Virus record (IMG/VR): IMGVR_UViG_3300050166_000025
Coordinates: 64,001 to 128,000 of that record
Strand: one strand, 5' to 3'
DNA length: 64,000 nt
DNA from: a virus
Numbering within the stretch: the stretch's first letter is position 1; each line of letters begins with the position of its first letter. The translations under genes and the position numbers were made by a program. The notes beneath the pieces are model-generated. The model did not search any database, was not told where the DNA came from, and saw nothing but the letters and a program-made list of their open reading frames with translations. Of this stretch, positions 20,401 through 29,784 are shown piece after piece.

Positions 20401-21145
20401 CTGAATAAACGAATTTATTTAGAGTAAATAACCTAACCGTGTTGGTTTGAGTAACACCGTCAACGATCTGTGTCTTCTGGACATTATCAACGCTAATTAC
20501 GTCAAATGTACCAAAGTATTGCACTTTTCTAGAAGGCATTTCAACAATAGAAGAATCTAATGTATACTGATATTGATTCTGCACTAATTCATTCTTGAAT
20601 AGTGTGTAATCAATCGTATTTGCTGATTTATATAGAGTGTCAAAGGCTTGAACAGACGCTGCATTTTGACTATTAAAGACATATCTTTCAACGTACACTT
20701 TTTCAGTGTTTGCTGGAATTTGCCCATTAACGTTTAAGTTGACAGTCAAAAGAGGATTTAAAAAATCCTCGAAGAATTGATTTGCTTTAGTGTCAAACGT
20801 AGTTGGGGTATACAACGTATTGATTTTAGGAGCTGGTCCGCTTAATTTACTTGAAAAAACTTTACGGTAAGTACCATCCTTTAATTTTACAGTAGATGAC
20901 GCAGTTCCAACCGAAGATAAATTATCTAGGTTGTTACCTAATCTTTCAATTTCTCTCTTTAAGAAACCAAATGAAGGAACCTGAACGGCTTTAACAGCCT
21001 TGTTGGCTGGATCATACAAATTAATCACAACAGATTCTTTATCTGAAGTGATCGCTTCATTTGTTTTTTCAAAAGTTGTTAACGAATTATTGTACAACTC
21101 AATGAATTGTTCTAATAATTGTGAAATTGAATTGTTGGCGCTCAT
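17471..21145 (-). CDS. large virion structural protein with coiled coils
   Basis: 1224 aa ORF in structural block. Confidence 0.6.
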   Translation of the reverse strand: MSANNSISQLLEQFIELYNNSLTTFEKTNEAITSDKESVVINLYDPANKAVKAVQVPSFGFLKREIERLGNNLDNLSSVGTASSTVKLKDGTYRKVFSSKLSGPAPKINTLYTPTTFDTKANQFFEDFLNPLLTVNLNVNGQIPANTEKVYVERYVFNSQNAASVQAFDTLYKSANTIDYTLFKNELVQNQYQYTLDSSIVEMPSRKVQYFGTFDVISVDNVQKTQIVDGVTQTNTVRLFTLNKFVYSDSSKALKETETLKVGDSLVVNTGKLATRYIVKSLNSSTYQIELELIEGFEGVNIGADELKIYKETEIQTSVELNVAFDERQVIFIKAIDVDSKIMAEEFSPGIAFYSNDLKLNMSDGSSVTLADYYKTEVADFGQFIKSLKNDFIPPATVGLVPNAPVLEVNNFKVVQVNSHLTDNDATNKITKLKSDKAASEQAIKKLDEAIGQKKTSIMTKKYTSTVEKDRDQNEYKALVDQRNTESSLYASLVSEIKAIADSNNLSTVAPKFKVRGFWSVPFAKKLADSVPQEVVQFKIRYRYVSTNGKTSQIEQIPFNDTNNATTKTAAFSNWIEVLGPVRTRVKDSNGKYYWQIENEEDAQVVNFNSLDIALQSGEAVEIMVKSLSEAGFPANPVESDWSNIAKIEFPEGQFTGTALTDTINQNSLEVIKVQVDQDLKTTGVYNHLDDSFIANSKYFAHNATTIASGFLTTEQNPVSLFDKLVEMQAQIQALQAQIAGTLGELAVYIEDQAGNQTIVNNHSVVKLFAGYYVDEITGQTDRKGAIVTKNFKLKLTNTKASELELVARLIGDREKPAYASGNSTVLGVSPSATPDAEVLANTYYTTEGKYDLVPILYQNIDATSIANNTFFNSIPLQSGQLRGQFIYSRFRNLANDADLYSMDAPDLTDVSGIDDFEYGLGYKFNNVIIDSNRVRNYDNATSVDFNTSSDSNAFIWSGAYNNATTPRLTELAIGSGDAVLTNEKYDNGIFLHKDHPLLKNGIITPQQIQGNGLVRMSKNSARRANMTDGALQNPYKLTTWINDGGVSKTQTLKMSFDANDQYLLGGHSCGAYLYLAPLEKTSLSVSADNKFGTKALKQGATNAISVDLIFQYRMTDYYGIADTGISTTSSVNETGRIGGIVGNTLSNITYSKKIGIDILEKNGDSFFFDVEVYAKYKQEGSSSTNVTSGMISNYNSTLPGGAHKRLFVDANDFSTPGEISQLR

Positions 21146-21146
21146 A

Positions 21147-23111
21147 TTATCTTAAAATGTCAAGCTCAAATGTCTTGTTTTGTTCATCGATGCAAATAAG
21201 TTCTACATAAGGTTTTTGACTAATCATCTGCGATGAATTAAATGAAGCGGCTAGCTTCCAACCCGTAGAACTTAACTTGTTAGTGTAAATTTTGAAGTTA
21301 TAAATACCTAAGTCTATTGCAGAGTTAAATACTACTTTTAAAACTTGTCCATTTTTCCAGCTAACTGTACTATCATCAATGTATATATTAATGTCACTCG
21401 CAGCCTGGTTTTGATCTACGTAAATAGAAACCCGGTTAGTGTACGGTCTTAATCTGGCCCACATTCCGTTATTAATAGAATTAAGTGGATTATATGGATT
21501 AGTAACATCTAATTTATCACCAACGCTCCAGTTTAAATACGAGTTGTTAGATATATCATAACTAAAAGAATCCAGCAATTCATATCCATAAACTGTATTA
21601 ACGATTTTAATTTTATCTTTGACAGTTTTATCTAAAGCTATTCCTTCACTATCTCTTAGAACATCAATATTATATTGAACACTAGTTGGAATAGTTCCAT
21701 CTATCATTTGATTGATTCTTGCGTTAGTAGACTGAATCAATTTCAGTAAAGAAGATGAGGAAGAGTAGTTTAGTTTAGCATTCTCAACTTCAACTTGTAG
21801 TGTATTAAGTTGAGTTTGAATATCCGTAAGATTGGTTGATGTTAGAATTAAACTCTTTAAGCTCTCAACCTCTTGTGCAATCGTAGTATATTTTGAATTT
21901 GAGTCTGCTAATAATTTCGTAGCATGTCCTAGTGCTGAAACAGTGTCTAGGAAAATGTCCATTCCAAAGGTAGAGAAATCATTAATGTTATTTTCAACTC
22001 CGACATTTTCTAATGAAGAGTTAAATTTAACATTTAGCTTTAATGCAAACGCATTACCGTTAAGTCCAGTAATATCGTTTGGCTTGTACTTTGTTTGAGT
22101 TGGAATATACCATCCATTTAAGTTTGGATCGTTTTTAAAATTATCCAAGATCAATACTCCATATAGATTCGTTGCTCTATTTACTGGAGTAGACTTAGAG
22201 TAAATATCATAGTAAACTAAGATAGCGTTAAAGCTAAAATCTCCACCTAGTTTTGAATAATCAAATAGCGTATTTAGATTAGATGAATTTACAATTCTAG
22301 AGTATGAAGCCGAATCAAAATCGATTCCAACTGCATTTTCAATAAAACCAACTTGATTAGCATCAATGTTTATTTCACCATCGGCCTGATCAACGACAGA
22401 AACAAGATTTAAGTTTGCATCTGGGTGAGATTGTCCTGCTCTACCCTGGATATATGTAGAAGGAGTATACGTTTTGGTTGCAGTATTATAAGTCTCCTGC
22501 TTTAAAAGAATCTCTGGTGTAAAACCTACGGCCGAGGGAACATTAACAAATACCTCGTTATAAGTATCTCCTTCATAACTCTTATCGTTAGACACATCAA
22601 TATTTCCAACGTACTTGATAACTTTCTCATATTCAGATCCAGTTAAAGAAGAATTGTCTTGCTCAACAGCTCTACTTAACCCAGAAACCACTTCTTGCGA
22701 ATTAGCAGTTCTGGCTTTAAAAGCTCCAATACGGTTTAAATACTTAAAGAATATTTTCTCAGAGTCAGACTTTAATATAGTAGAATCAAACGAAGAGTCA
22801 GTTAATACTAATTGCTCTAAGTTTAAGGCGTAGTTTTGAAAAGTTTGTGCAAAGTGAACATTTGCATTATCTACCGTTGCATCATCGTAAGCAGCACCTC
22901 CAATATCAAATAGATTTTTGAATTGGATATAATTGTTAGTTGAACCAAGAGCGGGTGTAGTGACTACTGGCATTTTAATCAGAGCAAACTTTGAAAATTC
23001 AAAGTTTAAATCTGGGTTATAATAAGACCTAGTCAAATCTCTAGAAGCATTGGCAAACGCATACATCGTTCCTCCCTGCTCTTGTGGTATTCTAATTAAT
23101 GGTGTTGCCAT
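21147..23111 (-). CDS. virion structural protein
   Basis: 654 aa with central coiled coil; structural block. Confidence 0.55.
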   Translation of the reverse strand: MATPLIRIPQEQGGTMYAFANASRDLTRSYYNPDLNFEFSKFALIKMPVVTTPALGSTNNYIQFKNLFDIGGAAYDDATVDNANVHFAQTFQNYALNLEQLVLTDSSFDSTILKSDSEKIFFKYLNRIGAFKARTANSQEVVSGLSRAVEQDNSSLTGSEYEKVIKYVGNIDVSNDKSYEGDTYNEVFVNVPSAVGFTPEILLKQETYNTATKTYTPSTYIQGRAGQSHPDANLNLVSVVDQADGEINIDANQVGFIENAVGIDFDSASYSRIVNSSNLNTLFDYSKLGGDFSFNAILVYYDIYSKSTPVNRATNLYGVLILDNFKNDPNLNGWYIPTQTKYKPNDITGLNGNAFALKLNVKFNSSLENVGVENNINDFSTFGMDIFLDTVSALGHATKLLADSNSKYTTIAQEVESLKSLILTSTNLTDIQTQLNTLQVEVENAKLNYSSSSSLLKLIQSTNARINQMIDGTIPTSVQYNIDVLRDSEGIALDKTVKDKIKIVNTVYGYELLDSFSYDISNNSYLNWSVGDKLDVTNPYNPLNSINNGMWARLRPYTNRVSIYVDQNQAASDINIYIDDSTVSWKNGQVLKVVFNSAIDLGIYNFKIYTNKLSSTGWKLAASFNSSQMISQKPYVELICIDEQNKTFELDILR

Positions 23112-23139
23112 TTAATGTATAGATTTATAATTTTAAAAA

Positions 23140-23679
23140 TTAGGCAATAGTTGCACCATGGCTACCAACGATAAACCATTTAGTTCCAGCAAATTTAAGT
23201 GAAACTCCACCATTTGCACCGATCGTTAATGAAGTTACTCCAGCAATGTTGGTAACACTGACAGCAACAGATACATTATCTGATAATAAAAAGATCTCTT
23301 GTCCTTCATCTCCAATATTTAAGTTAACTGAAGAAACTGCAATTTTATAAATGGCATGAACAAAAGCATTTGCGTTTGGTAAGTCACCTGATGCAATGTT
23401 TTTAACTGAAAGATTAGAACCAGCGCCTAACGTAAATTTAGCGTTGATCGCGGTTGGAACAGCCGAAGTTAAAGCAGTATTGCTAATTACAACTTTCCCA
23501 GCTGCAACGTTAACAGAGCCAAATGCGGCACTGCCAGACAATGCGATAGACTGATTTGTTACGTTTAATAATCCAGCGATGTCTGCTAAATCACTATTAA
23601 TAGCTGTAAAGTTGTCGTTGATAACAACTCTAGATGATGATACGCTATCAGTACCTAAAATTTGTGTAATGTTTGCCAT
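23140..23679 (-). CDS. short fibre/baseplate-attached protein
   Basis: ITQILGTDSVSSSRVVINDNF N-terminus resembles the fibre N-termini; beta-rich; ATG at 23679 preferred. Confidence 0.5.
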   Translation of the reverse strand: MANITQILGTDSVSSSRVVINDNFTAINSDLADIAGLLNVTNQSIALSGSAAFGSVNVAAGKVVISNTALTSAVPTAINAKFTLGAGSNLSVKNIASGDLPNANAFVHAIYKIAVSSVNLNIGDEGQEIFLLSDNVSVAVSVTNIAGVTSLTIGANGGVSLKFAGTKWFIVGSHGATIA

Positions 23680-23688
23680 TTTGAACAA

Positions 23689-26460
23689 TTATTTTATAGT
23701 TAAAATATTTCTTTTAATATTATTTGTGTTTCCGTTACAATCGGTTAATTCTAATTCCAATGAGTAATCTCCCCTACTCGAAAATAGGTATGTTAGCCAT
23801 TGATTATTATAGTATATATCACCGTCATTTTTACTATTATTGGTTAGTTTCCAAGTCTGTTTAGCAATGCCCGGCATTTTAGTTTGATCGAATGAGAAAA
23901 CAACATGTGTTAATATTGAAATATCTTGATGACCTGTTATAAATCTAACGTCATTATAAGTAGGATTGTATCCTTTATAATTAATCTTTCCATAAACTAG
24001 GCCTCCATTGTCCACAAAATAAACATCCGTAAAGTCGTATGATGAAGAATATTCTTTACCAGCTGCCAAAATAAATTCACAAGAATCTTTAATGCCGTCT
24101 GAATTACTATCTTTAAACGCTGGGTTGAATATAAACTTAGTTAGCAAAGGATACTGTTTCTTATCTAATCCGTTTAATTCGCTTGCAACATTCTGCCAAG
24201 CTGTCACGTCATGCAAATCAGCGGGGTACGTAGATTGAATTAGATAGCTTTCAGTTTCTTCTAAACCACTAGCCTGATTAAACCACTTAATAGTTAGTGC
24301 TTTATTAGTGTGGCCCTGATCTTGTCTTATATCTAATAAGAATGATGAGTTTTGATCAGCGCTAACTCTAGTCATATCCCATGACAAATTATTAGCATCA
24401 TTCCACGTTGCCTCCTTCAAGTACTTCCAAACATAAGGGCCTGGAGTTTCTGAATAACCGGTCGGTGAATTAGCGTCAACGTATCTTCTAGTGATTGAGA
24501 ACTGATGACCAGCTGATTCGTCAATAGTATAGTTTGCTCTGTCAAGTGTTAGGTACCAAGTTGCAATAGCATCTCTGATTTCCGTTGGATTTTCTTGTGG
24601 AAAATCATATGTTCCACCGGCTCTATTGAATTGAATATTGTAATCATTCCAAGATTGAACCTCCTCTTTCTTCTCATACACTCCATATATGTCAACATTT
24701 TTACATTTGACTTCTATTGCGTCGTGTTTAATACTCGCGCTTCTAGCATTGTATAGATCATGAAGAGTTAAGATCACATCATATTTACCGGCGTAAGGTA
24801 AAATAAATGGAAACTCATACATTTCTCCAATGGTACCTGAAACGGTTTGCATAAAATCATTAGGTCCAATCACTGTCCATTCTGCCTCGTAAACTCCTTT
24901 ATACCACCAATTATCCATTGATAATAGACTTGAGTCAATGCCAGTGTAATCATTAGATGCAAATCCAGCATCACTCCAAGTGAAGTCAGCTGCATCCCAA
25001 CTTTGCGGAAAAGAATTACATTTTAAAATTATAGGACAACCGATAGGTGTCTTGTCTAAAATTGGAAATGTAGTAAGCTCATTATTATAATAAGTATCAT
25101 AAAATGCAATTATTTCATTTTTTGCTAATTCGGCTGACGTATCAATCGTAGACTGACTAAAGTCTATGTTGACAAATCTAAGATCCTCTATAAAAAGAGG
25201 TCTCTCTGGCCAAACTGTAAAATCAACTTCAACTCCAGAATTCTGAACTTGAATGCTGTGCTGGTTGTTCCAGACTGATTGTTTAAACTGAGAAAAGTAA
25301 TCAGCTTCTCCAGTAATATCTACAATTTTTGCTTGTAGTGGTAAGTATTCTCTTTGTAATTTTTTCTTTAATCCATAGAGCTTAATTAAAATTTCGTCCG
25401 GAGAAAATTGTGTAATTTCTTTAGTTTGAGGAATATCCCACTCATCTAAGACACCGGTGGCCTCATTTATTCTGTACGATAATGAAAAGCGGCTAGTCTT
25501 TTTGTGATTTGAACTAGGCAATTCAACATTAGCTGACTTTTCAGCTAAAAAACCTTTACTGTTTTGGTTAGGGATAGCAACGGCTTTTAATTTTCCAAAA
25601 TTAGAAGATTGCTCGTTGATGTTTAACCAGTATTCTTTAAGAGTTAGGTTATCGTAACCATAAAATTTAATTGCGTTTAAGATGGCTTTATATGTTCCAA
25701 TAAATGGAGCAATATTATGTGCCTCTAATAATAATTCTTTACGCTTGTTATTGATTAGTTGCCAGTCAATTGCCAATTCATTCACATCAGAGTCTCTGAA
25801 GATAATCGTGTCATCCTCGTTAACCGAAAGTCCCATGTTTGATAGTAACACTGCTAATCTTTCGTCTTCCGCTACAGTCTCACCATAAAACTTGATGGCT
25901 GCTATAGTGGAAGTAACTACACCATTCTCGATCTCATAGATATTAAGAGTTCTAACGTGTATAGCTTCATCGCTAGAGTTTATTGCAACGTTACAGTGAA
26001 GAGCCTCTTTATTATATAAAGAATCAACACTCTTGTATGATATGTTTTTAGTTACATGATTTGCGCTAGAGTTTGATTCTTGATACGATACTATTCCTTG
26101 ATTAACACTGGAATTTTGCATATCTAAATCTAGAGAATCCTTGACATTAATCAAGTATGTTCCATCCGCGTTTAACGTAGCGTCATATATAAAGATAGAA
26201 TCACTAGAGCCAGATTCTTCTATAAATTCAAATTTTAATGTAGTTGAATTTTCATTTTCAGAAATAGGCCTAATGTATTGTATGTCACCTGATTCAGTGA
26301 TAACTTCTTCGAAAATAAAAAGATTAGAGGTTTCATACAGTCCAGTTGAAACCCTAGGCATGTAAACGTGACCAGACCAATATTGTGATGTTTCATCATA
26401 ATAAAAATCAAGTTCACCGGAAATACCATCAAAAAATCTTAGGTTTTGATATTTTAACAT
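23689..26460 (-). CDS. baseplate wedge-like protein
   Basis: 923 aa; IGTYKAILNAIKFYG motif typical of wedge proteins; PKD-like segments; follows gp6-like gene. Confidence 0.5.
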   Translation of the reverse strand: MLKYQNLRFFDGISGELDFYYDETSQYWSGHVYMPRVSTGLYETSNLFIFEEVITESGDIQYIRPISENENSTTLKFEFIEESGSSDSIFIYDATLNADGTYLINVKDSLDLDMQNSSVNQGIVSYQESNSSANHVTKNISYKSVDSLYNKEALHCNVAINSSDEAIHVRTLNIYEIENGVVTSTIAAIKFYGETVAEDERLAVLLSNMGLSVNEDDTIIFRDSDVNELAIDWQLINNKRKELLLEAHNIAPFIGTYKAILNAIKFYGYDNLTLKEYWLNINEQSSNFGKLKAVAIPNQNSKGFLAEKSANVELPSSNHKKTSRFSLSYRINEATGVLDEWDIPQTKEITQFSPDEILIKLYGLKKKLQREYLPLQAKIVDITGEADYFSQFKQSVWNNQHSIQVQNSGVEVDFTVWPERPLFIEDLRFVNIDFSQSTIDTSAELAKNEIIAFYDTYYNNELTTFPILDKTPIGCPIILKCNSFPQSWDAADFTWSDAGFASNDYTGIDSSLLSMDNWWYKGVYEAEWTVIGPNDFMQTVSGTIGEMYEFPFILPYAGKYDVILTLHDLYNARSASIKHDAIEVKCKNVDIYGVYEKKEEVQSWNDYNIQFNRAGGTYDFPQENPTEIRDAIATWYLTLDRANYTIDESAGHQFSITRRYVDANSPTGYSETPGPYVWKYLKEATWNDANNLSWDMTRVSADQNSSFLLDIRQDQGHTNKALTIKWFNQASGLEETESYLIQSTYPADLHDVTAWQNVASELNGLDKKQYPLLTKFIFNPAFKDSNSDGIKDSCEFILAAGKEYSSSYDFTDVYFVDNGGLVYGKINYKGYNPTYNDVRFITGHQDISILTHVVFSFDQTKMPGIAKQTWKLTNNSKNDGDIYYNNQWLTYLFSSRGDYSLELELTDCNGNTNNIKRNILTIK

Positions 26461-26463
26461 GCG

Positions 26464-26742
26464 TTATTTAACTTTTTTGTACGCCTTACCAACCGTGTAT
26501 GATTTATAAATTTTTAAATATGTAACTGCGTTTATATATTTAACTAAAATATCTTGCAGCAGTATTATAAAATCTTTAACGTACGCATTTCTAGAAATAG
26601 AAGAAGAAGTATTTCTAAAAATAATATCTTTAGCAAAATTTCGACCTAGGTTCTTTCTATCGTCTTTGATTTGAGATTGAACGTCATATATGCTCTTTTT
26701 ATTAGCACCAAACAAACCATCATGCAAGTTACTATTTGCCAT
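26464..26742 (-). CDS. hypothetical (baseplate-associated)
   Basis: 92 aa, coupled to gp6-like gene. Confidence 0.55.
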   Translation of the reverse strand: MANSNLHDGLFGANKKSIYDVQSQIKDDRKNLGRNFAKDIIFRNTSSSISRNAYVKDFIILLQDILVKYINAVTYLKIYKSYTVGKAYKKVK

Positions 26743-28562
26743 TAAATTGCTTTTCTATTTTGAGTTTGTATCTTTGTAAATATTGTATTAGGTACAGCTG
26801 GCTCATCAAAGTAAACTGAAAGAGCAGCTTGTTCTCCAAGTCTAGCGTCATCATTTACCATAACCGAATCTCTATCTAACCAACCACCTCTGAATATTGC
26901 AACTTCTTCCTTGCCTAAGATAATGTCTCCGAACGAATCCATCGCAACAACTGATTCAGGAAGAGCGTCACCTGGAGCAATATTGATTTTTGTTTGCTTT
27001 GTAGTCTTCTTAAAGAATACATATTTTTGTTTTCCATTACCAATGCTTTCTAATACTGGTGTTGATGGAGTAACAATTGTCGTATCTACTGTGTAGTATC
27101 CTAGTCTTCTTGCTGTTTCTTCGGCCTCTGACACAAATCTCAAGTTGACCGAATCAACTCCTTCAACCGCTTCAATCACTGCAATCAAATCAGATTTAGG
27201 CAATCTATCTCTTCTGGTAATGTTTAATAGGTATTGAGAAACTTTACTTCTAACTTCATTAAATAATTGTGCTTTAGAATAGCCTTCAAAATATCTAAGT
27301 TTAATATCAACCCTAAATCTCTTAACAATAGGATCTACTATTTTAACTTCAGTAGTGACCATTTGTTGACCAGATTCAGATAAAACTCCTAGTATCGCAT
27401 TCTTTTGATCTTGAGAAAAGAAGAATTCTTGTGTTGAAATGCTAAAGTAATCCTGATTAGAAGTCAACTTCTTTTTAATGTCAGGTAGCATGAATAGGTA
27501 AATGACATTGTCATCATCTAAATATCCATCATCTGTTGTATTGTATGCATCTAAATAAGAAAACATTCCATACTTAGATAGAAAGTATTCATAATTTTCA
27601 GGTGTTGCTAAAACAAAAGATTTAGACGCGAGTGGCGCGATTAATTTAGTTAACGCAATATCTTCTACGTCTGCTCCCATTTTTGGAGCTAACGTGCATT
27701 TTAATTCTAATATGTCATTTAAGTTGTATGAATTTCCAGAAGAATCATATCCAACATCCTGAAATTTAAAGGTTAAATCTCTCGAATCAACCATATTTCC
27801 AGCAGTTCCTCTAGTAGAAATGTAACTAATATCAATGCTGGCTCCTAATTGCGGCTCTTTTCCTAGTGAATTATTTCCAAAATATATGTCTAGGCCTCCA
27901 GTGACAGCAGTTTTTACTAAGTATCCTTTAGTATCAGGTTGCATGTCATACAGAGATTCATACTTTGTCCACTTCTCACCGTTAACTGAAACTCTAACTG
28001 AATCATGATCAGTTGTTCCATTTGTAATAATATTAAATGATTGCAATGCTTCTCCGGTTCCGGTAACAGTTTGATTCTCTAATTTACCCTGAATAATAGG
28101 AATAAACATATAAGCAGAATTAGATTTTTCAATTCTAAACTGATCATTATTCGTTCTTAGTAGGTAAGATAATCCGTTTGAATTAGAAACAATTGCAGAA
28201 TTAGCAGGTATTGTGATAGCGTCTCCTGCAATTTCATTGATTGCACCCGTATTTAATCTAATAGCAATTTCACCAATAGCGCTAGCTCCTCTATACGCAT
28301 CATGGCCAGTCAATCTTGCCAAACCATAGACCGATTCAGGCTGTTGCGCCGTCAAGATATTTTGCTCAACCGTTGAGTCTTCAATATAGAAAAAGATCAG
28401 CTCTCCAAGTTCATGTATTACCTCTAATACTTGCGCAAAAGGAGACGCAGAAGTAAACATTTCTCCTAAACGGCCATACAGTCTAGAGATATAGGTTCTA
28501 GTGTCTGCGATCGTCTGAGACGCTAGAATTCTAGATGTTTGTAAAAATTTTAAATCTGCCAT
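26742..28562 (-). CDS. baseplate wedge protein (T4 gp6 / baseplate J-like)
   Basis: TAQQPESVYGLARLTG, IYFGN...G..P, STRGTAGN, LATPENY, VEGVDSV. Confidence 0.8.
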   Translation of the reverse strand: MADLKFLQTSRILASQTIADTRTYISRLYGRLGEMFTSASPFAQVLEVIHELGELIFFYIEDSTVEQNILTAQQPESVYGLARLTGHDAYRGASAIGEIAIRLNTGAINEIAGDAITIPANSAIVSNSNGLSYLLRTNNDQFRIEKSNSAYMFIPIIQGKLENQTVTGTGEALQSFNIITNGTTDHDSVRVSVNGEKWTKYESLYDMQPDTKGYLVKTAVTGGLDIYFGNNSLGKEPQLGASIDISYISTRGTAGNMVDSRDLTFKFQDVGYDSSGNSYNLNDILELKCTLAPKMGADVEDIALTKLIAPLASKSFVLATPENYEYFLSKYGMFSYLDAYNTTDDGYLDDDNVIYLFMLPDIKKKLTSNQDYFSISTQEFFFSQDQKNAILGVLSESGQQMVTTEVKIVDPIVKRFRVDIKLRYFEGYSKAQLFNEVRSKVSQYLLNITRRDRLPKSDLIAVIEAVEGVDSVNLRFVSEAEETARRLGYYTVDTTIVTPSTPVLESIGNGKQKYVFFKKTTKQTKINIAPGDALPESVVAMDSFGDIILGKEEVAIFRGGWLDRDSVMVNDDARLGEQAALSVYFDEPAVPNTIFTKIQTQNRKAI

Positions 28563-28575
28563 TTTCTTTTTTATT

Positions 28576-28929
28576 TTATATTACAACCTGAACCTGATAT
28601 CTTGAATCAATCACGACATCGATAAAAATTGCATCTCTTTGCGTTCCACTTAAAAACTCAACTGTTGTTTTTACATCATACTTTTGAGCTAATGGAACAA
28701 ACAATAACATCTGTGTGTTTATTTCGGACTCTATCTGACCAGCGTTATATGTAAATTCATACACTAAATCTTCAAGACTGCATCCAAATTCTGGATTTCC
28801 CAGCACATCTCCTTTATTTGTAAATAATACAAGTTCAATCTGTGCTAGCAGCTGTGCTATTTCACTTTCAGATTGTAATTTGTAAGGATCAAAATTAGGG
28901 TCGTCTACTGATTTAATATAAAATTCCAT
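28576..28929 (-). CDS. baseplate gp25-like protein
   Basis: LFTNKGDVLGNPEFGCSLEDLVYE. Confidence 0.85.
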   Translation of the reverse strand: MEFYIKSVDDPNFDPYKLQSESEIAQLLAQIELVLFTNKGDVLGNPEFGCSLEDLVYEFTYNAGQIESEINTQMLLFVPLAQKYDVKTTVEFLSGTQRDAIFIDVVIDSRYQVQVVI

Positions 28930-28944
28930 GGTTTATATATTTTC

Positions 28945-29784
28945 TTACGAGTGCATCATCCAGTCAGTGCCTTCATCTGATTTAATCTCTTCAATTACTT
29001 TATCCAGCTCATCTTGACCAAGAGATTGTATTGCATCCGCGTTAACTTTAATTCCACCCGGTAGAGTATAGTCAAAAATAGACATTTTATTTCCTAATGA
29101 AATTTTAACTTTTGCCGAAACGTATCTAAAGAATGCTTCGTCATCGAAAAGAGCACACTCTGGAATAGTTTCATATACGTTTAAGATCACATCTTTCTTT
29201 GGGTTTAAACCAGTGAATCTAATCTCATGTGTTAGCTGATTATAGTGATAGCTGATAGGGCTCTCTATGATCTGTCTCGTTAAGTCAAAATAACTTTCAT
29301 TAATTACATAGTATTGTAAGTTTTCAGCACCTGCGACTGTTCCTGTGCCACCATATAAACCACCGTATAGCATTCTTTCTAGTGCAAAGTCACCGGTAGT
29401 AAATTTAACCGAGGTTCCAGCTCCATATCTTGAACCGGTTTGTCCAACACCAAATACAGAATACACTTCTCCGCCTCCGGTGGTAGGGTCCATTTTGTCA
29501 AGTGTTAAGCTTCTAGTTCTTTTAAAGTATTCAGTCTCAAAAATAGCGTACGGTAAGTAATAAAAGTTCTCTCTCATGCTATACTCGTAGTTCTTATAGA
29601 ACCACTTCTTAGCACGTTGCACTATATTATAAACCTCCTTTTTGGGTAAATTCATTGGGATCATACAAGAACCCGTTACGTCATCGGCTATACTTTTTAA
29701 GAAGTCATCTAGGCACATGCTGTTCCATGATGGCGGAGTTGTCTCCGTTCCCATGTCACCACCTACATTAAAAACATCACTCAT
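28945..29784 (-). CDS. neck protein (T4 gp13-like)
   Basis: C-terminal LGNKMSIFDYTLPGGIKVNADAI...ELDK typical of gp13. Confidence 0.7.
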   Translation of the reverse strand: MSDVFNVGGDMGTETTPPSWNSMCLDDFLKSIADDVTGSCMIPMNLPKKEVYNIVQRAKKWFYKNYEYSMRENFYYLPYAIFETEYFKRTRSLTLDKMDPTTGGGEVYSVFGVGQTGSRYGAGTSVKFTTGDFALERMLYGGLYGGTGTVAGAENLQYYVINESYFDLTRQIIESPISYHYNQLTHEIRFTGLNPKKDVILNVYETIPECALFDDEAFFRYVSAKVKISLGNKMSIFDYTLPGGIKVNADAIQSLGQDELDKVIEEIKSDEGTDWMMHS